From contig NC_068985.1 of assembly GCF_001194135.2 (NCBI RefSeq), forward strand, positions 48,740,527 to 48,777,531: a DNA stretch of 37,005 bases. The letters are read 5' to 3'. Positions 1-11,792 of this stretch are shown here, piece after piece. The translations under genes and the position numbers were made by a program. The notes beneath the pieces were generated by a model. It saw nothing but the letters and a program-made list of their open reading frames with translations. It was not told the origin of the DNA and searched no databases. Position 1 is the first letter of the stretch; each line of letters opens with the position of its first letter. Source of the stretch: Octopus bimaculoides. Its lineage: Eukaryota.

Positions 1-46
1 TATATATATATATATATATATGTTTTTATATATATAAATATATATA

Positions 47-253
47 CAGTAATCCGTCACCATATCGCGGTTCACCTATCGTACACTCAATATATCACGG
101 ATTTTTCAGGCTAATATATGTAAATCTATATTGCGAACTCCTCAATACATCGTGGGATTCTGCGACCAATAGGTATTTAAATTACTTTTAGATTTTAATT
201 ATTTCTGTGGGGAGTTTTGGAACGTAGCACCTGCGATAGTCGAGGGATTACTG
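47..253. mobile_element. Tc1/mariner-superfamily (pogo/Tigger-like) MITE
   Basis: Imperfect TIRs: CAGTAATCCGTCACCATATCGCGG (47-) versus reverse complement of CCTGCGATAGTCGAGGGATTACTG (-253). TA flanks both ends (45-46, 254-255). No ORF. Confidence 0.8.
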
Positions 254-649
254 TATCCTCACTTACATATATGTATGCATATTTGAAATGTTGATGTTAC
301 TTTTAATTATCACCAGGTCAGTCATTATTGACGAAACCTAATAGGAATGCATTTCCAACTGTAACCATCCGACCTTGCTTTTAACTATAATAATATACAA
401 AGAAGCCTGTTGCCTAAAATGTTATTTATTATTTCAGATATTTCAGTCTGATGGAGACACAGTAACCTGCAGCTTTCAGTCACATAAAACAACCATGCAT
501 GAGAGTCAACAAGGAGGGTTCAACACTTACCGGTATATATATCCACTTGAATTAAATACACAGATTGAAAGGTCATAATGTCAGTGCTAATGAGAATACA
601 TTTCATTTTCAAAATTTAATAAAATCTATGAACAGAATTTAATTTTTCA

Positions 650-1000
650 TGAAAGTCTGTTTTCAAATTGATGACTGTTCTTTCCAATCAACACTGATAA
701 CGCGAAGCAATGGAATCACAGAATGTCCCGCAAAATTTATTTGGTATTGTGCACATTCTTGGTCAATGGTTTCCCTCATTTCGTCGACTGTTTCCGGTTT
801 TGAACTGGTTTTGAACAGTCGGCGAATTCTAACGGAAAAAGTATTTTTCGAGTACCCCGGTCCATAAAAAATTGTTTAGTGGTGAGAGATCCGGTGAAAT
901 CGGAAGGTATTCTACTGAATCTTTTCGTGCAACTCATCTGTTTTACAAAATCTCAGTTAAGTGGGCTTGTACATTATTATGGGGGTGTATGTGGCCCTAT
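650..1000 (-). pseudogene. C-terminal fragment of a Tc1/mariner DD41D-like transposase
   Basis: Minus strand reads HNNVQAHLTEIL*NR*VARKDSVEYLPISPDLSPL (SPDLSPL at 897-877), matching the RWIGRRG..EWPPRSPDLTPL motif. Stops and frameshifts present. Confidence 0.65.
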
Positions 1001-1101
1001 ATTCAACTTCAAGATGGTGGCCCAGGATGAAGGTAGGTCAGCTGTTTATTTGACTATGCTCTCTGGAACTTTAGAAAGTCGAAGCAAGTTCCTCCTATGC
1101 T

Positions 1102-1950
1102 GAAAACAGGTTCCTCCTATGCTCCCACACCTCTGACATTACAGTTCTGTTTATCAATAATTGTTCGGCGTATCCTTCAACTCCATTCTTCCCAGTTGAT
1201 TGTTCTGTTGTGATGATGTTTTTACTTTCAAAATGATCTTGCAGCAAAAGGTTTAAACATGTTGTATATATTTTATACTTTAAATTCTAGCATGCAAGTA
1301 GATGGTTTTGTTTTATCTCTACCATTCCTATCGAGAGCTTGCAAGTACATTTTTATAAGATACGGTCGGTAAGATACGACAGCTTCTTGTACCACTGTCC
1401 AACAATCAAGATCTCTTCCAGGTACTTTTCCTGCCTGAATCGTCTGAAGTATTGTCACAAAGGTATCACTGTCAATGTCGTATATCCTGGGCGTAACACA
1501 GAGACAATAATTACTTCAAATTTCTTCTAACCACGGAGCATCTCGAGTAACCCTCAACTCTTCAGTCTACATTCAAAGTCTTAAGTATTTTTCTTGAAAA
1601 ATTTTATTATGGGCATATTTCCCCGTTATATAACTCTGAGCACTACAATAATGATCGTTGTGGCTGTGCCTGATATTTCTCCCAGTCACAGTAGAGGGAT
1701 AGTATGCTTTTAACCTTTCCATATACCCAACAGCGGGGTTTTGTTTTTCTTTTTTATAACAGTTAAATAAGTCATTATTCATTTTATAATTCCAGGAAAA
1801 ATGTGTCTTGTAGTTAGGGTTTCTTCTATAACTACAGCTAGAAAGAATCTGTTTAATTGTTGAGCTGCTATTTTCGTTTTGTTCCTCGGCTGCGTTGTTG
1901 TTGATATTGTGTCCATCCATGTTGTTTGTAGTAGCTCTCTGCATCGTAAA
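1102..1950 (-). mobile_element. Degenerate, apparently internally deleted R4/Dong-clade non-LTR retrotransposon (N-terminal region plus start of RT)
   Basis: Minus-strand peptides: WNYKMNNDLFNCYKKEKQNPAVGYMERLK (N-terminal motif), AGKVPGRDL...SYRPYLIKMY, and LQDHFESKNIITTEQSTGKNGVEGYAEQLLINRTVMSEVWEHRRNL (EQ.G.K...G..EQLLIN block of R4-clade RT). Confidence 0.7.
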
Positions 1951-2504
1951 GTCAAGTTTCAGTGGAAAATTACTACGATCTTGTATAAAAGGCTTCCTCA
2001 GTTAATTCATCTAAAGATTAACCGGTTATTTAATAGGGCTGATAGTTGTGGCTTCAAAGTCGGAGATAGTATTCATTGTATTTTCGATAAATAATTTCCC
2101 AAGCCAAATATGTGACTTGTCACATTGGGTATGTATGTATATATGTATGTATGTATGCATGCATGTATGTATTATGTGAATATGTGTGTATGTATGAGTG
2201 AGTCCACGTGCTGCATGAGACGATTGGATGCGGCTCGTTGTGCGCTGCTGATTTGGCTGACTGGAAATTGAATTTGGTTTGGCGTCAGTACTTTTTGGCA
2301 CTAAAGGCAAATATATGCGAGCATATAGAAATATACACATACTGACGGAAAATGTGAAACATAGAGAGAGAGAGAGAGACAGAACGAGAGAAGCATTAAG
2401 ACGTCTGATATTGAATATCTCAGCGTCGCTCAGTTACGGACACCAAAGAGGCCGCACCAAAACGGTTGTGTCAACCATCTTATATTTGTTCACGTGTGTG
2501 TATA

Positions 2505-3746
2505 CAAGGTGGTACCAACAAGTTCCCGGACTAGTTCTGTAGCGCACCAATAGATGACAGTCCACAGTTGCGTGCACAGCGAGAGTTAGCAGTGACCTTC
2601 ATGAGGTAGTGTGCCGTGTGGAATCACAGTGTTTATTTCACAAGTTGTGAAATTTGTGTTTTTGTGTAGCCTCTGTGTTTTTGCTGTAGCCCACAATTTT
2701 GTCATGGACAGGAACAAAGTGCAAACGTGAAATTTTGCATTAAACTTGGGAAGTCTGCTGCAGAGACATTGAGCATGCTTCGCCAAGCTTACGGCCACAA
2801 GCCAATACGTCGTACGCAATGTTTCGAGTGGAACGGGAGCTTCAAAACCAGAAGAGCCTCCCTGGAAAACGATGAAGGATCTGGAAGACCTGCTACAGAT
2901 GTTGCCCTCGGAAATGTGGAAAAAATTCATCACCTCGTACATAAGGATCTTCGGAGGACAATCAACGACATGGCTGATATAGTTGGTCTGTCGTCTGGGT
3001 CCGTGCAGACAATCCTAACGTCTGAAATGAACAAGTTTCCCCCGCCCGCTGACCACTGAGCAGAAAGAACATGGCATCGAAGTCTTTTAAAATTCTCGTC
3101 AACGTGCCGTTGATAAGCCATTCTTTGGTGAGAGTTGGGTCTACGGGTACGATCCTGAGACGAAGCATCAGTCGTCAAAATGGCAAATACCTTCATCTCC
3201 ATGACCGAAGAAGGGACAGCAGAGCTGCAGCTAAATGAAGAGTACGCTCATCGTTTTTTTCTTTTTTTTTTCGACATCAGCAGTATTGTGCATAGAGAAT
3301 TCGACTTCCAGGACAGACTGTCAATCGAGAGTTCTACTGCGACGTTTTGAAGCATTTGAAGAAGGATATTCGGTGAAAGCTTTGGATCTTTGGAGCTTTG
3401 GAGACCGAAGAATTGGATTCTTCACGACAACAATGCAGCCTGTCACCGAGCTCTCCTTCTACACCCGCCCTGTTCATCAGATTTAGCATCTGCGGAATTC
3501 CATTACTTCCCCAAGAGGAAAATGCAGTTCAGAGGTCGCCGTTTTAACAGCGTTGTCGAGATCAAAAGCGAATCGCAGAAAGTCCGCAATTTGCTTACGG
3601 AAGACGAATTCCAGGCCGGACTGAAAAAGTGGCAGGAACTCGGGGACTGGTGTATTGCTATACAAGGTGACTATTTCAAAGATGATGTTAAAACTTAGTT
3701 AAATAAGTTGACATAACTTGTCTGGGAACTTATTGATATCACCTCG
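2505..3746 (+). mobile_element. Mariner DNA transposon (DD34D type), full span with both TIRs, decayed
   Basis: 27-bp imperfect TIRs: CAAGGTGGTACCAACAAGTTCCCGGAC (2505-2531) and GTCTGGGAACTTATTGATATCACCTCG (3720-3746). TA at 2503-2504; AA (mutated TA) at 3747-3748. About 1.24 kb long. Confidence 0.92.
2704..3698 (+). pseudogene. Mariner transposase pseudogene
   Basis: Motifs across frameshifts: KFCIKLGKSAAETLSMLRQAYG (HTH), GSGRP, GESWVYGYDPETKHQS (3127-3174), WILHDNNAACH, HPPCSSDLASAEFHYFPK, and C-terminal QGDYFK. Confidence 0.9.
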
Positions 3747-6700
3747 AAGATGTATTCCGAGACTGTGACAGAAGCAAGATGTGTACAATTTATATAGTTA
3801 AATTTGGATAAGACTAAGCTCCATTGATTTTGTTACTGTGTATGTAATAAATATGTTTTATTGCTTACTACACTTAAAATCCACACTCACAAACACACAC
3901 GCACACACACACACACGCACGCACACACAAACACAGACACACATACACTCACACACACCTATACGCGCGCACATACATACACACGTTGTATTGTTATCTG
4001 TATATAGAAATACGTATGTATTTATGTATGTTTACATGCATTTATGTGTGTATGTGTGTGTGTGTGTAAGTATATGTATGTATATAAACATATCGATGTA
4101 AAGAGATAATAAGAAAGAGACAGAAGAGACAAAATAAAAGAAAAGAAGATAGCGTGAGTGGAAGACAGAGGCAGGATCAGAAATGTCGAATGACAAGAAT
4201 ATCTGCAATAAATAAGAAGGACTTTACGTAAACACTATAAATCTGTTTCTGTTACGTCTTACTTCGGATCGGGTAAAATCCCTGGATTAATTCCTCTATG
4301 GATTAATTCAACTCTCCCTTATATACACTCCCAAGCTGCATGCACCCATTCTTATAAAAGAATCATTTAATAAAAATAACTCATACGATTTGACATACAC
4401 CCAAACAAATACGCATACACATATATATATATATCTAAGTTCACGCGGATCTACGGAAAGTTATATTATCAGAACTACAGAGATCCGTAGCAAGAAATCT
4501 TTTATGATCGAGATTAAAGCAAGCATCTCCAGTTTGATTCCAGAACCAGTATATTTCGGGTTGGATCATTGAGTTAGAATATTGCTTTGATTATTTTTGT
4601 CTCATAACGCAAATGGTGAACTATAGCGTCGCTGGATTTATATTCCAAAATTCGAAAGCAACAATAACAATGATAAGAACAGAGTGAAGAGGAATAAATG
4701 AAATGATCTACATTGATACTTGGCTAGATAATTGTAGGAAAGTCATACTGCAGATTTCATATACGCTAAAATATAACAGATACGCATTATATCGACTGTA
4801 GCGTGGGTCGAGCGTTCGTCAAGTTCAAAAATGTCGCGAAATGGATACGATATTGTGTGAAGATTGGCAAATGGTGATCCCAAAAGGTGGCGATAGCGAA
4901 TAGCAATCATGACAGGGCACCGAGTTTAAAAGTGAGGTACAGAACCATCGAGAAACGTTGACTCAAGACGCATGTCAAAGGTGAGAGAAAGAAGATGCAA
5001 ACTGCCAAAATCCGATCCAGAAATTCTAACTTCTTGCAATTTCTGAGGAAAAGAGCTGAAGAAAAGTGGCGAAGAATAAGGGATGAAAAAGTTGCCGTTC
5101 AGTTGAAAAAGATCGAAGTTTCCTCATTCTCCGCCCGTGAGAAACGGAAAAATGACTTCTGAAACAAAGTCAAAATATTCACGACAGCAGTATTAAGCAA
5201 TTGTGTGGCGAAATTGTAAGCTTGACACGAACAGCAAATCAAAAGAACCGAACTTGGTAAGAAGGTGGATCATGGTGGTATGAAAAACTTGTCATAGATT
5301 TCAAAAATAGCGAAAGGAACTGGAAAATAGCCATACTGTCGTAGTTACAAGAAATTGAATTACTTAGAAATAAACATTGGCGGGAAATTAATTCAGCGAA
5401 TACGAGTATAAGATTTGACTGCCATTTCTAGCAAAAGGTGATGTAAACGACGTTATCAAAGATCAGGGGTAGTTCTGGGAGTTGCTAAATGTACGTCAAA
5501 ATGGTTCTCGCAGTCCATATGTTGAAAGACGAAAAAGCAGCTGTAACAGGCTTGAGAATGAATTTTCTGACCAGAAAATTGCTTTGCAATATGCCAGATA
5601 ATGTTATTATAACATGGAAACTATAATTAATTGACAAATGTTACTGCTTTTGTTGTTAAAAAATATTTAAGACTTTTAACGTAGTGGAATACTGATTGAT
5701 TGAAAAGCGGCGATACTTTGGTAGCTGGACGAATTTTTTTTTCTGCAAAAGGTTCTAAAGTTGGTTGCATATATTTCTGCATATATTGCAGGTCGGTTGG
5801 TCACCAATTTATGTGGTGATTATTCTCCGGGGTAGAATTCGGGATCGATGTCGGTCACCAATTTATGCTCATTCTCGGGGTCACGTCGGGATTACCAATT
5901 TATGTAGTCGTTATATATAGTCAGTACAAGGTGTTGATGTGGCTGCGTCTATATTATTACTTGAATGCATAAAGAGATGAAGAATAAATTCAAGAACTAT
6001 ATATTTACTACATACGTAATCAAAATGTAGAATTTAGTTGAATGAAGTAATCTATGCAAGAAAGTTCAGAGATAGGAAAGATAGAAATAACAGCTAAGTG
6101 GTAGCTCTCAGTCATGTGGCGTAGAGAAATAGACGGACATAGTAATGATGTGAATGGTTCTAAGTCTAATCGACTAAGAAGCGAAGAGCAGGTTTAGCAA
6201 GCTATTTTATTAATGGAACGCTAGAACTTCTAGAAACTTGCAAGAGAAAGGGTAAGCTTCTTGAATAATTAAAAATCACGTCTCATGACATAGATGCTTC
6301 GAGAAACTTAGAAAGGGAGGTTACTCTATAATCTTTTTTTGCACGGGAGCTCATTCAATTATCTAGTTACAGCTACATATATAAATTGCCTGCTAAGTTC
6401 GACTGTTCTACATTGATAAGGGGCAAACACCTTGAAACTAGTCTGTAAATGTCAGACCAGCAAGGGGAAGTGGCTGACCTCCCCTGTTCGAAGGTTATAA
6501 TGGACATAGGTTCGTGTGTCACATAGATAGCTAGAGGCGATGGCCTCTTGGAGCTAATGAACGGCAGCATTCGTCCTATTTTTTGGACTCCCATGTTGGC
6601 TTGGCGATAACTATTAATATATATATATACACATATATATACATAAATAGATATGGATGTGCTACTACAGCTAGTCAACCAACTTAAATTGGTAAAATTA

Positions 6701-6894
6701 TGAGATCCCAGTATTCCTTCGATGTTTGAAGTAGCTAATGAATCACCATTTCTATCAACTGGCAGTGATCCGCTAACTTGATCCTAGGCTAACCGTGTCT
6801 TGTGGTTTCGCTGAATGAACATCATACGATGACTGCTGATCAATAAGACCAACATCACATCCGCCATGCTGCACCAAATGACTTCGCATGACTA

Positions 6895-7035
6895 CATACA
6901 TTCGACGTACTTCTACGCAGTTTCCGTTTACGAAATTCTTTACGCAAGGTATTGGTCTCCCCGAAACAGTATTTAGAAAAAAAGAACTTAACCAATATGT
7001 CATGCAGGAAACTATATGGTCCCTAAGCGAACTTC
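6895..7035 (-). mobile_element. Degenerate SINE family C fragment (5'/central part)
   Basis: CAGTTTCCGTTTACGAAATTC...CAAGGTATTGGTC resembles the reverse complement of the 10500-10750 copy (GACCAAAGCTTTGTGAG...GTAGACAGAAACTG). Confidence 0.5.
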
Positions 7036-7037
7036 CT

Positions 7038-7138
<101 letters not shown>

Positions 7139-7533
7139 TTATATTCTGCAGCAATTCTTCGTGACTTTGCTACATCTTGTAGAAAAGAAATGATGCTGAA
7201 TTGACACGTCACTCAACAAAACAGGGAAATACTATATTTTATTGATTTAATTATTCGAGTATGGAAGATTTCCACTCTCGAAAGCCTTCTGCCATAACAC
7301 TCTATTATTCTACATCACCTAAGCCAACGAGGGAACCTCTAATTGGTCCGTATGATTTGCAAGAAATTTCAGTAATATGCCTGTCTATATAAGAAATGGG
7401 CATTTGGATAGTGTAGTCTTAGCTAGGAATTTGTCAGTTGTAGGTTAACTTTGGTTAATCAATCAACAAAAAAGCAGCATCATCTGAAACGATTCGACTC
7501 TCTTTCTGGAAAGGGATGTGTTAATGAGATGAT

Positions 7534-7536
<3 letters not shown>

Positions 7537-7565
<29 letters not shown>

Positions 7566-7590
7566 CATACATACATACATACATACATAC
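7537..7590. repeat. (TACA)n microsatellite
   Basis: Tetranucleotide run. Confidence 0.95.
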
Positions 7591-8013
7591 TTACTTACAT
7601 TCGATGCAGTAGCGGGCAGTGGCTCCTATGACGTCTAATCTTAATTGAATGAAAGCGTTAATATGTTTTGTCTGTGTGTAAAAGATCGGCTACAGTAAAT
7701 TATCTGCTAAGTACCACATATTTGTTTGTCATTTGCTTGACCATAACCAGTTGAGCTTGACTCTTAGCGACTGACGTTATGTGCATCTCTGATCACGGGC
7801 AGGAATAACTGGAGAGCATCGTAGCCATGTGCTGAGAGGAATTATTTGGGGCTGAATAATTCACCCTGGAAGCATGTTTGCTTCATTCATCATCCTTAAA
7901 CAAGCCTTATTCAGAGATCTTTTGAATGAAATGGGTTACTTAACCTTAAGAAAATTCGAACTGAGCCCTACCTGCAAGGTCCTGCGTTGTTTATCTTGAT
8001 ATGAGATCACCAT

Positions 8014-8314
8014 ACATTATTTAAATTATTTGCATTCGACGGATACTTGTTCTCATCTTGTTTGTTGTTAACACAACGTTTCGGCTGATATACCCTCCAG
8101 CCTTCATCAGGTGTCTTGGAGAAATTTAGAACCTGGGTTCTCATTCCTAAAGTATTTTTCGATGTTATTATTATTATTATTAGTAGTAGTAGTAGTATTA
8201 ATATCATTATTATCGTTAGTGTTCAGGTCATTACTTGGAATTGAACTCGGAATCTTGGGGTTAGTAGCCCACGCTCTTAATCACTACGCCATATGCCCGT
8301 GGGCATGTGAACTG
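8014..8314 (-). mobile_element. tRNA-derived SINE with a Penelope-like, hammerhead-containing 3' tail and a 14-bp TSD
   Basis: Perfect TSD TATGAGATCACCAT (8000-8013, 8315-8328). Minus-strand A box TGGCGTAGTGA (8291-8281) and B box GAGTTCAATTCC (8248-8237), then an internal (TAA/TAC)n stretch and the hammerhead motif. Confidence 0.85.
8070..8115 (-). ncRNA. Minimal type-I hammerhead ribozyme motif (Penelope-like-element variant)
   Basis: Minus strand: GACAC-CUGAUGA-A-GGCUG[GAGGGUAUAU]CAGCC-GAAA-CG-UU-GUGUU. Stem I GACAC/GUGUU; 5-bp stem II; palindromic ACGU in place of stem III; predicted cut between 8075 and 8074. Confidence 0.75.
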
Positions 8315-8904
8315 TATGAGATCACCATGTCGTGCACAAATGTTGTGATGCATGAGCGTACCCTTACGAGACAGGTAGTCATGGTAACTATATTGGATTT
8401 CGTATATCTGTACGCCAGCGTCACTTTAATCGTATTTGCAGCACTCTCAGTAATAGTAAAAAAGATATACATAGATACATACATACAGAAAGAGAGAGAG
8501 AGACAGACAGACAGTCAGACAGACAGTCAGACAGACTGACAGTCATACAGACAGACAGACATGCATACAAAGAGACATATATGTATATATGTGTGAAGTA
8601 TTGTTTTTGTTGTGACTAGTTTCTGGACATGATGTGTGTGTATTTGGAATTTGCGCATGAGTTACAACTGTCTTGATAAGCTGTGTCGATGTGCCGTGAA
8701 TGGAGATCGAACGAAGTTTTATCCCTACTTGTGTTCGTTATTGCTCAAACCCTTTCTTTCTCTTTTCAACTCGATCAGTGGTTCAATTCTTTAGTTTCTA
8801 TGGATGACTTCAAATGTTTCACCTGCAAATACGAGGAGCGGGATTTATTTATTTCAAACAATTCGAATGTTCTGATAAGATATCGGGATGAGATGTGGTA
8901 TTGA

Positions 8905-10270
8905 CAAGCGGGTTCATTGCTGTAATAAAGTTACTGGTATTTGGTAGAGTTTAAGGGAATCGCTCTTCCAGATCATAAGGCAATAACTTCACTAACAGTG
9001 TGAAGTTTACAAATATTTGGGTGTGTTGCAGAACGTTGTAGTGTAACAGAAAGAAATGAAACATGAAGCTGGAGATATGTGAGGAAAGTCAAGGAGATCT
9101 CAGACATAAAATGAATAGAAAAAATATATCATTAAAGTAATCGATAAATGCGCAATACCAATATTAATATATTCTGCAGCTTTCCTTCAGTGAACGGAAG
9201 GCGAACTTGATCAAATGGATAGGCGCGCCAGAAAGCCGTTAACAATGCACAATGGGATCCATCCAGAATACTGTTAGTAAAATGTATATGCCAAGCAAAC
9301 AGAAGCATGGGACTACTCAATGCAACAGATACAATACAACTGGCAATTATGGGACTAGAAAGACATTTGGTGAATAGTGGAGAGAAGCTTATATATTCAA
9401 TCAAAAGGATCGATAGCAAGTACAAAGAAACAGAAAAGGATTACAGACAAAAGAAAAAAAGGAAGGATGGGAAACTGGAAAGATAAGTGTTGCACAAGCA
9501 ATTTGTCAGACAAACAGAAGACATAGAAGAGCAACGATTGATTTGGGGGTGAGTTGGAAGACTAAGGAGAGATGCAAAATCCTTTCTCGTGATCGTATCA
9601 GGATAAAAATAATTGAACAAACTTTGTTAAAACAAAACAAGCGGAATGTAATAAGAAAGTAAGTGGCAACATTCTGAACTATTTTTCTGCGAATGTTACC
9701 ATATAGTACAAAGAAAATTAAAAACAAAAACGGAATTATATTAGTGAAGTTGTCATTGGAAAATTTGAGTGAAATTTCGAATTTCCTTCAATGAAGGCGG
9801 TATTATCACCTGCAACTATATATTACCACCTTTATTAATGTAGAGAACGTTATACAACACTATATGTTCTGTCAGGGATTACTGATTATGTAAGAAGCAC
9901 GTAGAGTGGATAACAGCATAAAATAGAACCAAAATAACCTATGTGTTATCATAGATTTTGCTATGTGATAGCGGATAAGCGAAGACTGGAAAGGAAAAAA
10001 AAAAAGAAACAAACTTTCGAGAAGTATTTGTATTCGATAGCAGAACTAAAAGATTTTCTGTTATATTGAAGTAAACATTTTGATTATTGTCATAGGAACG
10101 CTGGAAGCCAAATCAAAACATTTGTCCTACGAAGAAAAAAGAAAACAGAATCTTGTAGATATAAGAATTAAGATTTAGCTTCCAATGTGGTAGAAAACAG
10201 TTATCTTACAAGAATATTTTGTTACGTTCTTAAAAAGTTGAGGAGCGCTATTTTCGTAGTAGACTCAGAG
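8905..10270 (+). mobile_element. R4/Dong-clade LINE, decayed 3' fragment (RT C-terminus to REL endonuclease)
   Basis: YKYLGVLQ (9008-9031), AIPILIYSA...ELDQMDRRARKPLTMHNGIHP, WKDKVLHKQFVRQT, then IIDFAM..FEKY..IVIGTL of the restriction-like endonuclease region. Many stops. Confidence 0.8.
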
Positions 10271-10499
10271 AAAGAAGGACAGCGTCGAACACAATTTTCA
10301 GCAATTCTCGTAAATTGTGAGTTGTCATCAGACCAGAGAACCAACTCGAACGTTTACAATATTAACTGACCCAAAAATGAAACAATAGTATTAAACTCGG
10401 AGACCGATTAAGTCTTCTACTCAAAGGCTGTCTTTCGCTCACTGCATAATTATTTCTAATTTGATATTTTAATACACAGAACATTAAATATATCGAGAC

Positions 10500-10750
10500 G
10501 TGTGGTAAGTGGCTGTGTGGTAAGTAGCTTGCTTACCAACCACATGGTTCCGAGTTCAGTCACACTGCGTGGCACCTTGGGCAAGTGTCTTCTACTATAG
10601 CCTCGGGCTGACCAAAGCTTTGTGAGTGGATTTGGTAGACAGAAACTGAAAGAAGCCCATCGTATATATGTATATGTATATATATGTTTGTGTTTGTGTG
10701 GCTGCGTTTGTCCCCCCAACATCGCAGTCAAATGACTGAAACAAGTAAAA
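10500..10750 (+). mobile_element. tRNA-derived SINE family C, internally deleted
   Basis: Head GGCTGTGTGGTAAGTAGCTTGCTTACCAACCACATGGTTCCGAGTTCAGTCAC; tail CAGTCAAATGACTGAAACAAG shared with the minus-strand copies at 26848 and 34853. Confidence 0.85.
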
Positions 10751-11099
10751 TAGAGCGTAAAAAAAGAGAGACTATCTTTACTAGTGAATAAAACATAAAA
10801 CAGCAATGGATTCTTTGATATTAAGCCTATTTTCAGTGAACCGATGTCAATACCTCCAGTCTTACAATTATATCAAATTGACTTACTTAATAAGGAACCG
10901 TAAGAAAGTCGACGTAGGTTTTTTTTTTTTGGGGGGGGGGGGAGTAAATGAGATCGAGTGAGAAAACTTCACAACATTAATTCAGGAAGGCCTGTGAGGC
11001 AGTGTATGTAAACAAGTCAAATAACTTTCTTGTGGTACTTAAAATTAAATGTAAAAAGAATATTTCCTTTTTTCCTCTGCATTTTCATTGCTAATATAT

Positions 11100-11431
11100 N
11101 NNNNNNNNNNNNNNNNNNNNNNNNNNNNNNNNNNNNNNNNNNNNNNNNNNNNNNNNNNNNNNNNNNNNNNNNNNNNNNNNNNNNNNNNNNNNNNNNNNNN
11201 NNNNNNNNNNNNNNNNNNNNNNNNNNNNNNNNNNNNNNNNNNNNNNNNNNNNNNNNNNNNNNNNNNNNNNNNNNNNNNNNNNNNNNNNNNNNNNNNNNNN
11301 NNNNNNNNNNNNNNNNNNNNNNNNNNNNNNNNNNNNNNNNNNNNNNNNNNNNNNNNNNNNNNNNNNNNNNNNNNNNNNNNNNNNNNNNNNNNNNNNNNNN
11401 NNNNNNNNNNNNNNNNNNNNNNNNNNNNNNN
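11100..11431. other. Assembly gap (N). Other gaps: 12252-12261, 16967-17066, 24843-25204, 26168-26447, 28016-28064, 29989-30051, 32549-32739, 36581-36680
   Basis: Runs of N, nearly all bordered by (TA)n, (CA)n, (GA)n or (GATA)n. Confidence 1.
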
Positions 11432-11661
11432 GAAACGTCATACACTCTTTCTTTCCTTTCCCGAGCGTCCAATAACACTATCCGTATCACGTCCTCACTT
11501 TGTTGTTTTTTTGTTATTGTTTTTTGTGTTTTTTTTTAACTTATATGACGTACGCTCACACGGACCCTGGCCTTTCAACTGGATTTGATGTACCCAACTG
11601 CCGGAATCTTTTGTTACCTTGGATTACTGTTCCCGTTGGACTACTGTTCCTGTTGGATCTG

Positions 11662-11783
<122 letters not shown>

Positions 11784-11792
11784 CGTTTGTAT

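Larger units (their letters stand above)
7600..8460. repeat. Interspersed repeat (unclassified, possibly LINE-derived) split by the SINE at 8014-8314
   Basis: The flanks are joined by a 14-bp duplication. From recall the sequence resembles a common octopus repeat; not database-checked. Confidence 0.45.

Noticed and set aside
2195-2300. Promoter-like patch (CACGTG, reverse CCAAT boxes)
   Set aside because: Short motifs alone, with no adjacent supported gene.
5800-5904. CRISPR-like repeat/spacer pattern
   Set aside because: Only three short (11-14 bp) repeats, with self-similar spacers, in a eukaryotic context without cas genes.
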